Below are positions 41,101-50,458 of a DNA stretch of 64,000 nt, one piece after another. Under the pieces are notes generated by a model that made no database searches, was not told the DNA's origin, and worked only from the letters and a program-made list of their open reading frames with translations. The stretch's first letter is position 1, and the number at the start of each line of letters is the position of its first letter. The translations under genes and the position numbers were made by a program. Origin of the DNA: an uncultured Spirochaetota bacterium (GTDB lineage: Bacteria > Spirochaetota > Spirochaetia > SZUA-6 > Fen-1364); contig CAWGAA010000002.1 in assembly GCA_963820525.1 (NCBI GenBank), positions 384,001-448,000 of the forward strand, written 5' to 3'.

Positions 41101-43749
41101 GAAGTAACCGCGCTGATCGCCTCCGTGAAGAAGCAGATCCCGACGCTCCAGGAGGAGTTTGCCGCGGCGAACCGCCGCGGGCTGGAGGATGCGGCCGCGA
41201 AGGTCGTGGGCACTCTGGAAGAGCGCACCGGGGGCATCCGCGTGGAGATCGGCAGATCGGAAAGCGCCGTCAAGGACTTCGCCGCGTATGTCGCGCGCCT
41301 CGAAGCGCGGCTCTCCCAGAGCGAACAGGAGCGCATCGACCAGCTTGCCAAGACGGTCGATTCGTTCGAGGGAGACCTGAAGAGCAGGCGCGCCGTTCTG
41401 CTCGACCAGTTCCAGGGCGAGATCGGGGACCTCCTGAAGGAGGCGGAGTCCCAGCTCGAGCGCCAGGGCGACGCTCTCCAGCTGGCCGCCAAGCGCGGCG
41501 TAACCCTCGAGGGAGAGGTGTTCGCGCGGCTTCGCGAGACGATCCAGGCGGACGAGGCCGTGCTGGCCAAGGCGATAGAGAAGATCGAGCTTCGCATCCA
41601 GGACTACGAGGGAGAGCTCGACTACCGGTTCAAGAAGCTCGAAGAGGTCGGAGTGGACATCGGTGCCCTGGAGAAAGCACTTCGCGATTCCATGGAGGGC
41701 ACCGCGGCAGGTGTGCGCGAGGATATGAAGGCGCTTTCAGAGCGGCTCGCGGATGAATGGAAGGCGGAGATCGCGGCGGTTCAGGCGGAGAAGGCGAAGC
41801 TTGCCGCTGGATTGAGCGAGCTGGCGGAAGGCCTCTCCAACCTGAAGTCCAGCGCGTACCAGGACGTGTCCCAGAAGCTCCAGGTCTTCGAGGACGAGTT
41901 CTTCACGGACCTCCGCGCCCGGTCCGCCGGGATGCAGGAGAAGATCCAAACCTGGCAGTCCGAGGTTGAGGTCAGGATCGCCGGGATCGCGGGCGCGTAC
42001 GCCGCGGACAGGGAGAAGATCGAGAAGGCCTACCAGGAGGACCTGCGCGCCTCCTTCGAAGGCTACAAGAAAAGCTCGGCGGAAGAGATGGCGCGGGTCG
42101 AGCGTCAGGTCGGCGCTCTGACCGACGGCGTGCGTGAGCGGATCGCCTCCTCCGACGAGTCCCTGGCGGCTCTGCGGGAATCTCTCAAGGAGGAGACGGA
42201 GAAGATACGGCGCGACTCGGCGGCTGTGTTCGAGCGCGAGCTGGCAGTGGTCCGCGACACGGCCGACGCCTCGACCAAGAAGATGCAGCGGGAGATCGAG
42301 CTCAGGCTCAAGGAGCTTTCCTCGGGCATGGAGACGGGCAAAAAGGAGCTGGCCGAGGCGCTGGGGGCCGCCCAGGCAGACCTCACGGTCTGGCAGGGGA
42401 GGGTCCGCCAGCAGCTCTCCGAGGCCGAAGCGCAGCTCAGCGACAGGATCGCGGCACTCGCCTCGGATGCAGAGAACTCCATCGGGAACATCCACGACGA
42501 TTTCGAGGCCCAGAAGGGCGAGCTCGTCATCGCATCCAACTCTGAGCGGATGGCGCTGCGCAACGAGATCGACGGCCTCTCCGGCAGGCTGGCCGCGTTC
42601 CAGACCGAGCTAGCCAACACGACCGCCGTGGCGGTGGACGCGCTGCACAAGGAGCTGGAAGGCTTCCAGCTGGAAAGCCAGAAGGGCATGCGCGACGTTC
42701 AGACCGACGTGGAGGGAAGGATCAAGGAGTTCAAGGTCCTGCTCACCGAAAACCGCGAGAAGGCGGAGACAATGCAGGAGAAGCTCTTCGGCAAGATCGA
42801 GGAGAGCTACCGGCTGCTCACGGTGAACCTGGCGGAGATCGACAAGCGGGTGAAGGGCTTCGTGTCCCAGACCAAGATCTTCGAGCGCGCGGATTCCTAC
42901 AAGCTCTCGCTGGAGACGGGCATCGAGGAGATGAAGAAGGAGCTGGCCAAGCTTTCCGCGGAGAAGGCGGAGCTCACCGACATGGAGGTGCAGCTCTCCA
43001 AGACCAGGCGCACCGCCGAGGAGGTATCGGTGAAGCTCAACCGGTTCCTTTCGGAGAAACGCCGCATCGAGGATATCGACGGGGAGTTCAAGAAGATCAT
43101 CACCCTGTCTCGTGACGTGGACCTCAAGCTGGACACCCTGTCCACCAGCAACGATTCTCTCCAGCAGATCCAGGCCAAGATCCGCCAGTTCGAGGAGATG
43201 GGCAGGGAGGTGGAAAGCGGGGTGGAGAGGCTGGAGAAGAAGCAGGAAATCATCAGCGTGACCTCGGACGGGGTGGACAAGAACTTCCAGAAGCTGGAGA
43301 ACCTCGAGAAGGTCCTCTCCTCCGCGGGCAAGGAAGCGGAGAACCTCTCCCTCAAGGTCTCCTCGCTCAAGGCGGAGCTGGAGACCCTGGCCGTAAACAA
43401 GAAGGACGCGGATTCCGTTCTCCAGACAATCGGGCATCTCGGCGACATCCTCACGGAGCTCGAAGGCAGGCTCGAGAAGGCGCAGAGCGCCCGTGAATGG
43501 CTGGCAAGGACGGAGACGCGATTCGAGGACATCGGCAAGCAGGCCCAGGAGCAGGTTCGCCTGCTGGAGAGCATCCTGAAGGCGGAGGCGAAAAAGGATA
43601 AAGGGGAGCGCGGAGCTCCGCCGCTGGACAAGAGAGAGACGGTGATAAAGCTCTCGCATCAGGGCTGGTCCGTTCAGGAAATATCCCGCGTCACCCAACT
43701 GTCCCGCGGAGAGGTGGAGCTCATCCTGGAGCTGGCTCCCAAGGTCTAG
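38149..43749 (+). CDS. SpiroCoCo-family giant coiled-coil membrane protein
   Basis: N-terminal TM + DRNNRSLEKLKRF; ~1750 aa coiled coil; C-terminal HTH (VIKLSHQGWSVQEISRVTQLSRGEVELILEL). Confidence 0.85.
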   Translation: MSVFLPGDLIILGIVLVLLLVFRALDRNNRSLEKLKRFSDKIIENLSAFVEEKTTHVKELSTQLSADLQRGAELLAGVHATQADIAARSEGLTGVQQRLESYEHAIAELVAMSARVDQNLKRIRDEGEFVDGMGKRIKDAFAHMAQLEREIPTLRNAIPAAAKLGADAAAARIVEIEKRIAALQGEVASAARQGTDAAAARIVELEKRIAALQGEVASAARQGTDAVSAELSRIEKQIPVLEEKLTKTNRERAAVVSSHIVQLEKQIPAIKGEIGAAVKKEAEAAAARIAELEKRVSGAKSEIAALIKQGAEAASARIVALEKRVSGAQNQIVSLSKQGAASFAAHIERMEKEIPALEEKLAKESRERLAAVSSQIAQLEKQIPAIKGEISGAAKQSVEAVSARVAELAKQVPVIQEQFQAASRASMEKLSSEIAQAVQKTSAELAQLESRLPALEQEMIQEGRQRMDEMAEAGRERVDETASRIAELEKHIPALEGEIEEAARLGVEAAAARITELSKQIPAIQQHLQEASRASLEKITAEMDKRIQAVSSELAQMEQRIPQIEREMAQAGEKRAIEIAEAGRGRVEEIAQAASQRTEEIARSGRERAEEIAARIAGIEKRIPQLEEEMEKAAQQGGQAVSARVAELARQVPVIQEQFQAASRASMDKITVELRQQMDKVSTELSQIEERLPLLERETAERGEKRLDEIAGAGRARAEEMAEANRARALEIAARIADMEKRIPELGEEMEKAAQQGGQAVAARVAELARQVPIIQEQLQTVGRTGMEKISAELKGHMDKVSADLARMEERIPLLEGEMLRESSERLEQISEAGLARADELGARLAEIEKRVPELEGEMEKAVKQAGQAVTARVAGLLEQIPALRKEIQETGSKSLEEIKSQIAKMEKDIPIVEEKFAAGSRKRMDAIAARVTEMEKLVPSVKAEIAAAAKKGAEAAGSQIGRLEKEISGIQEKFKAANQKSLEEVTALIASVKKQIPTLQEEFAAANRRGLEDAAAKVVGTLEERTGGIRVEIGRSESAVKDFAAYVARLEARLSQSEQERIDQLAKTVDSFEGDLKSRRAVLLDQFQGEIGDLLKEAESQLERQGDALQLAAKRGVTLEGEVFARLRETIQADEAVLAKAIEKIELRIQDYEGELDYRFKKLEEVGVDIGALEKALRDSMEGTAAGVREDMKALSERLADEWKAEIAAVQAEKAKLAAGLSELAEGLSNLKSSAYQDVSQKLQVFEDEFFTDLRARSAGMQEKIQTWQSEVEVRIAGIAGAYAADREKIEKAYQEDLRASFEGYKKSSAEEMARVERQVGALTDGVRERIASSDESLAALRESLKEETEKIRRDSAAVFERELAVVRDTADASTKKMQREIELRLKELSSGMETGKKELAEALGAAQADLTVWQGRVRQQLSEAEAQLSDRIAALASDAENSIGNIHDDFEAQKGELVIASNSERMALRNEIDGLSGRLAAFQTELANTTAVAVDALHKELEGFQLESQKGMRDVQTDVEGRIKEFKVLLTENREKAETMQEKLFGKIEESYRLLTVNLAEIDKRVKGFVSQTKIFERADSYKLSLETGIEEMKKELAKLSAEKAELTDMEVQLSKTRRTAEEVSVKLNRFLSEKRRIEDIDGEFKKIITLSRDVDLKLDTLSTSNDSLQQIQAKIRQFEEMGREVESGVERLEKKQEIISVTSDGVDKNFQKLENLEKVLSSAGKEAENLSLKVSSLKAELETLAVNKKDADSVLQTIGHLGDILTELEGRLEKAQSAREWLARTETRFEDIGKQAQEQVRLLESILKAEAKKDKGERGAPPLDKRETVIKLSHQGWSVQEISRVTQLSRGEVELILELAPKV
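38647..40760 (+). repeat. Internal coding repeats: 87-nt (29-aa) units and a 360-nt duplication
   Basis: GACGCGG.. units start at 38647, 38734 and 38821; near-identical blocks at ~40030 and ~40390. Confidence 0.8.
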
Positions 43750-43752
43750 TCG

Positions 43753-45045
43753 ATGGGGCGATCTTCCACCGTCGTTCTCGCCGCTTGCGAGGACTACGAT
43801 CCCCAACGGGTGTACTCCGTCGTCTCGCGGTCCCTGGCCGTGCTGGGGCTCGACGCACTTCCCAGAAAAAAGCCCGCGCTCCTGAAGCCGAATCTGCTCC
43901 TCGGAGCTGCGCCGGAGAAGGGCGTGACGACGCATCCCGCGGTTTTTTCCGCCGTGGCCAGGCATCTCCTGGCCAGCGGTTTCAGCGTTGTGTACGGCGA
44001 CTCGCCCAATGGGATGTTCAGGCCGGTCCCCGTAGCCCGGCGATGCGGAATTCTCCCCGCCGCGGAATCCCTGGGCATACCAATGGCGGATTTCGATACG
44101 GGAGAGGATATCAGCTACTCGCGGGGCGCGCAGAACAGGCGCTTCCACGTGGCTCGCGGCGTGCTCGATTCCGGTTTCATGGTCAATCTCCCCAAGCTGA
44201 AGACCCACGCCTTCACCATCATGACGGGGGCGTTGAAGAACACCTTCGGGGTCATCCCCGGCATGCGGAAGGCCGAGTTCCATATCACGAATCCCGACGT
44301 CGAGGGATTCTCCCGGATGCTGGCGGATTTGAACGGCCTGGTCCGCTCACGGCTCGTGGTCATGGACGCGGTTCAAGCAATGGAAGGAAACGGCCCATCG
44401 GGCGGTCGGCTCGTGAACCTCGGGGCGATCATCGTCTCCGAGGACCCGGTGGCGGTGGACGCGGTCGCCTGCCGCCTCATGGGGCTCGATCCTCACGCGG
44501 TGCCGCTGATCCGGATGGCCGAAGAGGCGGGGATCGGCAGAGCGTCGGCCGGAGATATCGAGGTGGTGGGAAGCCTGGCGCCGGACGTGGGGAAGGTATT
44601 CGCCCTGCCCACCAGCGCCCTTGCCGGCGGAAAGGCGCCACGGCTGCTCATGAGATTCGCGAAGCGCCTTGTGGTGCCCAGACCCGTGATCGATGCGCGC
44701 AAGTGCGCCCGATGCGGCCAGTGCGTCGAGGCCTGCCCCGCCAGGCCGAAAGCCCTGGCCATGGATGGCCAAGGCGGGCGGAGCCAAGGAGGGCGGAAGA
44801 CCGCCCTGGCCATGCCAGCGGCGGCTTGCAGAGGGAACCGAGGCAAACGCCGTTTGGGCGGGCGGAGCCAAGGAGGGCGGAAGACCGCCCTGGCCATGGA
44901 ACAAACCTCAGTTCCCCGATATGATTACGGCATCTGCATTCGCTGTTACTGCTGTCAGGAGATCTGTCCCGAAGGGGCCATCTCCGTCACGGTCCCCATT
45001 CTCGGGAGGCTGTTCGAAAAGACTCCCCAAGCCAGGGATGGCTAA
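43753..45045 (+). CDS. DUF362-domain protein with a C-terminal 2x[4Fe-4S] ferredoxin domain
   Basis: LLKPNL, TTHP, NLPKLKTH, GALKNTFG, MEGNGP, DPVAVD; CARCGQCVEAC and CIRCYCCQEIC. Confidence 0.92.
   Translation: MGRSSTVVLAACEDYDPQRVYSVVSRSLAVLGLDALPRKKPALLKPNLLLGAAPEKGVTTHPAVFSAVARHLLASGFSVVYGDSPNGMFRPVPVARRCGILPAAESLGIPMADFDTGEDISYSRGAQNRRFHVARGVLDSGFMVNLPKLKTHAFTIMTGALKNTFGVIPGMRKAEFHITNPDVEGFSRMLADLNGLVRSRLVVMDAVQAMEGNGPSGGRLVNLGAIIVSEDPVAVDAVACRLMGLDPHAVPLIRMAEEAGIGRASAGDIEVVGSLAPDVGKVFALPTSALAGGKAPRLLMRFAKRLVVPRPVIDARKCARCGQCVEACPARPKALAMDGQGGRSQGGRKTALAMPAAACRGNRGKRRLGGRSQGGRKTALAMEQTSVPRYDYGICIRCYCCQEICPEGAISVTVPILGRLFEKTPQARDG
44752..44900. repeat. In-frame 135-bp palindromic repeat insertion in the ferredoxin domain
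   Basis: 42-bp unit at 44773-44814 and 44857-44898; 14-bp flanking direct repeat GCCCTGGCCATGGA at 44752 and 44887. Confidence 0.85.
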
Positions 45046-45165
45046 GGCGGGCCAGCGGCGGCTTGCCGAGGGAAGCGAGGCAAGCCGCCGCTTGGGAAGG
45101 CGGCAGACCGCCCTGGCCAGGGAGGGCCGAGGAGGGCGGAGCCACGGAAGGCGGCAGGCCGCCTG
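45031..45165. repeat. Mostly intergenic copy of the same REP-like palindromic modules
   Basis: GCCAGGGATGGC; 13-bp inverted repeat GCGGCGGCTTGCC/GGCAAGCCGCCGC; AGACCGCCCTGGCCA; GGGCGGAGCCA. Confidence 0.8.
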
Positions 45166-45181
45166 ACACGGAGGAGAGAGC

Positions 45182-46546
45182 ATGGCCATTCGCATCGATT
45201 TCAGAAGGATGATTCCGCCTCTCGAGATGGAGAGGGTGCAATCCTACGCCGGGAGAATAGAGGAGATTCACGACGGGCTCGCGGCGAGGCGCAAGGCGGG
45301 GAAGCTTCCCTTCTACGATCTGCCCTACCAGGACGTTTCCGCGATCGAGAAGTACGCCGCGCGGATGCGCGGAGGATTCAAGAACCTTGTGGTCCTGGGA
45401 ATCGGCGGATCGGCCCTGGGCCTCTCTTCTCTGAACGCCGCCCTGAGGACCCCCTTTCCCGCCCTGGAAAAGGAGCCGCGGCTGGTCGTGCTGGACAACA
45501 TCGATCCCCTACGGATCGGCTCCTTTCTCGATGCCCTCGATCCGAAGGAGACCCTTCTCAATGTGATCACGAAGTCGGGGGATACGGCGGAAACCATGTC
45601 CCAATTCCTCATTTTCAGGAAATGGCTCACAGACTCGCTCGGCGCGGCGAAAGCCCGGGAGAGGATCGTCGCCACCACGGACGCGAAAAAGGGCGCCCTT
45701 CGCAAAATCGCCGACGAGGAGAGACTCGAGACCTTCGTGGTTCCCGATGGAGTCGGCGGAAGATTCTCCGTTCTCACCCCCGTGGGGCTCCTCCCCGCGG
45801 CGCTCCTGGGAATCGACATCCGGGGCCTCCTGGCCGGAGCGGCCGTCATGGACAAGCGGCTCGCCAACCGCCGGCTCATGGAGAACCCCGCCTACGCGGG
45901 CGCCGCCATGAATCATATCTCCTACCTCGACGGACGGAGGATCTCCGTCATGTTTTCCTACTCGGACCAGCTCTACCTCCTCGCCGACTGGTACCGCCAG
46001 CTCTGGGCCGAGAGCCTGGGAAAGCGCTTCCGCCTCGATGGGAGCATCGCCCCCGTCGGCCCGACGCCGGTGAAGGCCCTCGGCGTGACCGACCAGCATT
46101 CTCAGGTCCAGCTCTATAAGGAAGGGCCCGAAGACAAGGTATACACGTTCCTGACGGTTGAGAGCTTCGCCCGTTCGATCCCGATCCCGTCGCTGGGCGG
46201 ATCCGCAACCATGGACGCCGTCTCGTATCTCGGCGGCCACACGATGAACGAGCTCCTGGCCGCCGAAGAGCAGGCCACCGAAGCGGCCCTCTGGAGAGCC
46301 GGCAGACCCGTCACGCGGATCTCCTTCCCCCAGGTGGACGCCGGAGGCGTTGCTGAGTATTTCTATCTCATGGAGGTGCAGACCGTCGCGGCCGGAGCCC
46401 TGATGGGGATCGATCCTCTCGACCAGCCCGGCGTGGAAGAGGGAAAGCACTTCGCATACGGGCTCATGGGGCGGAAAGGCTATGAAGAGAAGAGGAAGGA
46501 GCTGGAAGGCCTCGGCTCCGGATCCCCCGGCCTCCTGTTCGGGTGA
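45182..46546 (+). CDS. pgi: Glucose-6-phosphate isomerase
   Basis: GIGGSALG, TKSG.TAET, VGGRFSV, QLWAESLGK, DQHSQ, DQPGVEEGK. Confidence 0.96.
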   Translation: MAIRIDFRRMIPPLEMERVQSYAGRIEEIHDGLAARRKAGKLPFYDLPYQDVSAIEKYAARMRGGFKNLVVLGIGGSALGLSSLNAALRTPFPALEKEPRLVVLDNIDPLRIGSFLDALDPKETLLNVITKSGDTAETMSQFLIFRKWLTDSLGAAKARERIVATTDAKKGALRKIADEERLETFVVPDGVGGRFSVLTPVGLLPAALLGIDIRGLLAGAAVMDKRLANRRLMENPAYAGAAMNHISYLDGRRISVMFSYSDQLYLLADWYRQLWAESLGKRFRLDGSIAPVGPTPVKALGVTDQHSQVQLYKEGPEDKVYTFLTVESFARSIPIPSLGGSATMDAVSYLGGHTMNELLAAEEQATEAALWRAGRPVTRISFPQVDAGGVAEYFYLMEVQTVAAGALMGIDPLDQPGVEEGKHFAYGLMGRKGYEEKRKELEGLGSGSPGLLFG

Positions 46547-46558
46547 GGCTGAAAATAC

Positions 46559-46588
46559 TTGACCTGAATTGCGGGAACTTATTATGTT
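46559..46588 (+). promoter_or_regulatory. Putative promoter of grpE-dnaK-dnaJ (TTGACC-N18-TATGTT)
   Basis: AT-rich patch; no CIRCE element seen. Confidence 0.45.
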
Positions 46589-46621
46589 AAGGGCATCCAG
46601 TTCACTCGTTAGGCGGTTCAA

Positions 46622-47356
46622 ATGGCGAAGAAGAAAGAGCGGCTAGAGGAGGACTCTGCCCTCCCGGAGGGTGAAAAAACCCCATCCCCGGGGGCGGCAT
46701 CCTCGTCGGCGCCGGAGCGGAACAATCCACCCGCGGAGGGAGCGGCCGGACAGGCGGCGGGTGGTGCGGGGCAGCAGGCCCCGCCCGAGAGCCGGATCAA
46801 GGCGCTGGAAGCGGAGGCCTCCGATCTGAAGGACAAGCTCCTCAGGAAGCAGGCGGATTTCGAGAACTTCAGAAAGCGCATGTTTCGGGAGCGTGACGAG
46901 GCCGCCCGCTACGCCAACGCGGCTCTCCTTTCCGACATCATCGGGGTCATCGACGATTTCGAGAGAGCGATCCGCTCGGCGGAAGAATCGAAGGATTTCG
47001 CGTTGTTTCTCACCGGCGTCTCGATGATCGAGAAGCACCTGGTCGAGATCCTGGAAACCCGGTGGGGGCTGAAGCGCTTCGCCTCCGTGGGGGAGAGCTT
47101 CGATCCGAACAAGCATGAAGCCGTCCTGCGGGTCGAGGGCCCGGCGAACGCCAAGCCGACGGTTGTGGAAGACTATCAGAAGGGCTACTTCCTGCACGAA
47201 AGGGTGCTGCGCCCCGCCAAGGTCAAGGTCATGGTTCCCGCATCCGCACCGGGGGGAGATTCCCCGCCGGGGGGAAATGGGGCGGACGCCCCGGACCCCT
47301 CGTCCCGGACACGGCCCCCGGAAGAAACCGGCTCCCCGCGTCAGGGCGACGGGTAA
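46622..47356 (+). CDS. grpE: Nucleotide exchange factor GrpE
   Basis: ADFENFRKR, FDPNKHEAV, QKGY..HERVLRPAKV. Confidence 0.96.
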   Translation: MAKKKERLEEDSALPEGEKTPSPGAASSSAPERNNPPAEGAAGQAAGGAGQQAPPESRIKALEAEASDLKDKLLRKQADFENFRKRMFRERDEAARYANAALLSDIIGVIDDFERAIRSAEESKDFALFLTGVSMIEKHLVEILETRWGLKRFASVGESFDPNKHEAVLRVEGPANAKPTVVEDYQKGYFLHERVLRPAKVKVMVPASAPGGDSPPGGNGADAPDPSSRTRPPEETGSPRQGDG

Positions 47357-47368
47357 GGAGCGCGGGCC

Positions 47369-49300
47369 ATGGGTAAGATAATCGGCATCGACCTGGGTAC
47401 CACAAACTCCTGCGTGGCCATCATGGAAGGCGGCCAGCCCATCGTGATCCAGAACTCCGAAGGACAGCGCACGACTCCGTCGATCGTCGCGTTTACCGAC
47501 AAGGGTGAACGGCTTGTCGGGCAGCCGGCCAAGAACCAGATGATCACCAATCCGGAGTACACAGTCTACTCGATCAAGCGCTTCATGGGCCGCCGCACCA
47601 ATGAAGTGCAGGAGGAGATCCGCCGCGTTCCCTTTGCCGTGGTGGACGCGGGAAACGACGTGCGCGTCCAGATCAGGGACAGCCTCTTCTCCGCGCCGGA
47701 GATCTCCGCCGCGATACTCCAGAAGATGAAGAAAACGGCGGAGGACTACCTCGGAGAGACGGTCACGGATGCCGTCATCACGGTGCCGGCGTACTTCAAC
47801 GATGCGCAGCGCCAGGCCACCAAAGACGCGGGACGCATCGCGGGATTGGAAGTGAAGCGGATCGTCAATGAGCCCACCGCGGCGGCGCTGGCCTACGGGC
47901 TGGACAAGGGCGGCAGGGAAGAGACGATCGCCGTCTACGACCTCGGGGGTGGTACCTTCGATATATCGATCCTCGAGCTTGGAGACGGCGTTTTCGAGGT
48001 GAAATCCACCAACGGCGACACGCACCTCGGGGGGGACGATTTCGACCAGCGGATAATCGACTGGCTCGTGGCGGAGTTCAAGAAGGAAACGGGCCTCGAT
48101 CTGTCGAGGGACAGGATGGCGATGCAGAGGCTCAAAGAGGCGTCTGAGAAGGCCAAGATCGAGCTTTCCAGCGCCCAGGAAACCTCGATCAACCTGCCCT
48201 TCATCACGGCCGACGCGTCGGGCCCCAAGCATCTCACCTACTCCCTCACCCGGGCGAAGCTCGAGCAGCTCATCGGCGACCTCATCGAGAAGACCCGGGA
48301 TCCCTGCCGTCAGGCCTTGAAGGACGCCTCCTTGAGCCCGCGGGATATCGACCACGTGATCCTCGTGGGCGGCTCGACGCGGATTCCCGCGGTGCAGGCG
48401 ATCGTGAAGGACATCTTCGGCAAGGACGGAAGCAAGGCGGTCAACCCCGACGAGGTGGTGGCCGTGGGAGCCGCCATCCAGGGCGGGATCCTGGGCGGGG
48501 ACGTCAAGGACGTGCTCCTGCTCGACGTCACCCCGCTGTCTCTGGGAATAGAGACCCTGGGCGGCGTGTTCACCAAGCTCATCGAGCGCAATACCACCAT
48601 CCCGACGAGGAAGAGCCAGATATTCTCCACGGCATCAGACAACCAGACCGCCGTTTCCATCCACGTCCTTCAGGGCGAGCGGGAGATGGCGAGCCAGAAC
48701 CGCACGCTGGGACGCTTCGACCTGGTGGGAATTCCACCCGCCGCACGCGGGGTTCCCCAGATCGAGGTGACCTTCGACATCGACGCCAACGGAATCGTTC
48801 ATGTCTCCGCCAAGGACCTGGGGACGGGAAAGGAGCAGAAGATCCGAATCGAATCCTCTTCCGGGCTGTCCGAGGAGGAGATAAAGCGGATGGTCAAGGA
48901 TGCCGAGGCGCACGCGGCAGAGGACAGGGTGGAGCGTGAGCTCGCCGAGGTGAGAAACGAGGCGGACAGCCTCATGTACTCGACGGAAAAGTCTCTTCGA
49001 GACCTGGGCTCAAAGGTACGCGAATCCGACCGGCGCGCCGCGGAGTCCGCCATCCGGGAGCTCGGCGCGGCCATGAGCTCAGGCGACGCGCACCTCATCA
49101 AGGCCAAGACGGACGCCCTGAAGCAGATCGCCTTCCGCCTCGCGGAGGAGGTCTATAGAAGCGGTTCCTCTTCAGCCCAGGCCGAAGCTTCCCCGGGCGC
49201 CGGCCCATCCACGAACGGCGCCAAGGATGCGTCCCACGCGAAGGCCCGGACGGAAGACGTCGACTACGAGGTCGTGGACGACGAGAAGCAGCAGAAGTAA
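47369..49300 (+). CDS. dnaK: Chaperone DnaK
   Basis: [40 protein letters not shown]. Confidence 0.99.
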   Translation: MGKIIGIDLGTTNSCVAIMEGGQPIVIQNSEGQRTTPSIVAFTDKGERLVGQPAKNQMITNPEYTVYSIKRFMGRRTNEVQEEIRRVPFAVVDAGNDVRVQIRDSLFSAPEISAAILQKMKKTAEDYLGETVTDAVITVPAYFNDAQRQATKDAGRIAGLEVKRIVNEPTAAALAYGLDKGGREETIAVYDLGGGTFDISILELGDGVFEVKSTNGDTHLGGDDFDQRIIDWLVAEFKKETGLDLSRDRMAMQRLKEASEKAKIELSSAQETSINLPFITADASGPKHLTYSLTRAKLEQLIGDLIEKTRDPCRQALKDASLSPRDIDHVILVGGSTRIPAVQAIVKDIFGKDGSKAVNPDEVVAVGAAIQGGILGGDVKDVLLLDVTPLSLGIETLGGVFTKLIERNTTIPTRKSQIFSTASDNQTAVSIHVLQGEREMASQNRTLGRFDLVGIPPAARGVPQIEVTFDIDANGIVHVSAKDLGTGKEQKIRIESSSGLSEEEIKRMVKDAEAHAAEDRVERELAEVRNEADSLMYSTEKSLRDLGSKVRESDRRAAESAIRELGAAMSSGDAHLIKAKTDALKQIAFRLAEEVYRSGSSSAQAEASPGAGPSTNGAKDASHAKARTEDVDYEVVDDEKQQK

Positions 49301-49303
49301 TTC

Positions 49304-50437
49304 ATGGCCAAGAGGGATTATTACCAGGTCCTCGGGGTCGCCAAGGGGGCGTCCAAGGACGAGATTAAAAAAGCATACCGCAAGCTGGCAATCCAGCACC
49401 ATCCCGACCGCAACCCGGGGAGCAAGGACGCGGAGGAGAGGTTCAAGGAGGCCACCGAGGCCTACGAGGTGCTGGCGGACGAAAGGAAACGCACCGCCTA
49501 CGACCAGTACGGCTTCGCGGGCGTGGCCGGCATGGGAGGCCCGACTCCCGAGGGGTTCTCGACGATTTTCCGCGACTTCGAGGACATCTTCGGGGACTTC
49601 AGCGGCTTCTTCGATTCATTCTTCGGCGGCGGCTCGCGCACCCGCAGGTCCGGCAGGGGCGGCTACGGCCAGCGGGGGAGCGACCTGCGCTATGACCTGG
49701 AGGTCTCCTTCCTCGATGCCGCCTTCGGATCCAAGGTCGACATCACCTACGGCAGGGCAGAGCAGTGCGAGGCATGCCGGGGCAGCGGAGCCGACAAGGG
49801 CAGCGGCCGCAGGCTGTGTCCGACCTGCGGCGGCTCAGGCCAGGTCCGGCGCAACTCGGGTTTCTTTTCGATAGCCTCGACCTGTCCCACCTGCGGCGGA
49901 GAGGGCGAGGTGATCGAGCATCCCTGCGCCGAATGCCGGGGCAGCGGGGTTGCCAAGCGGACTCGAACCGTCAAGGTCACCATCCCCGCCGGGATCGAGG
50001 ACGGAAAGCGCCTCAGCCTGTCCGGCCAGGGGGATGCCGGCCCCAACGGCGGCGCGGCGGGAGACCTGTACGTCTTCATCCGCGTGAAGCCCCACCCCTA
50101 TTTCGAGCGCGACGGCTCGGATATCTATTGCGCGGTTCCCGTCTCCATCACGCAGGCCACCCTGGGCGCGGAGATCGTCGTGCCCTCACTCGACGAGAAA
50201 TCGATGCGCGTCACCGTTCCCCCCGGCACTCAGAACGGGAAGATGCTCCGCCTGCGGGGCGAGGGGCTGCCGGAGCTGCACAATCCATCGCGCCGGGGCG
50301 ACATGTACATCAAGCTCATCGTGAAGGTGCCCACCAAGCTCAGCGCGCGCGCCAAGGAGCTCTTGAAGGAGTTCTCCAGCGTGAGCGGCGAGGAGAAGAA
50401 TCCCAAACCCATTCCCTTGTCCGAGTTGAAGGAATGA
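49304..50437 (+). CDS. dnaJ: Chaperone DnaJ
   Basis: J domain with HPD, G/F-rich region, four CxxCxGxG motifs. Confidence 0.98.
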   Translation: MAKRDYYQVLGVAKGASKDEIKKAYRKLAIQHHPDRNPGSKDAEERFKEATEAYEVLADERKRTAYDQYGFAGVAGMGGPTPEGFSTIFRDFEDIFGDFSGFFDSFFGGGSRTRRSGRGGYGQRGSDLRYDLEVSFLDAAFGSKVDITYGRAEQCEACRGSGADKGSGRRLCPTCGGSGQVRRNSGFFSIASTCPTCGGEGEVIEHPCAECRGSGVAKRTRTVKVTIPAGIEDGKRLSLSGQGDAGPNGGAAGDLYVFIRVKPHPYFERDGSDIYCAVPVSITQATLGAEIVVPSLDEKSMRVTVPPGTQNGKMLRLRGEGLPELHNPSRRGDMYIKLIVKVPTKLSARAKELLKEFSSVSGEEKNPKPIPLSELKE

Positions 50438-50458
50438 TCTAAGATTCCCCCAGGAAAA

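Noticed and set aside
39720..41597. 625-aa Ser/Ala-rich antisense ORF
   Set aside because: Mirror of the repetitive coiled-coil codons.
46547..46621. CIRCE operator upstream of grpE
   Set aside because: No TTAGCACTC-N9-GAGTGCTAA match, and no hrcA in the window.
46643..48355. 570-aa antisense ORF over grpE/dnaK
   Set aside because: Well-known shadow ORF opposite dnaK in GC-rich genomes; no independent motifs.
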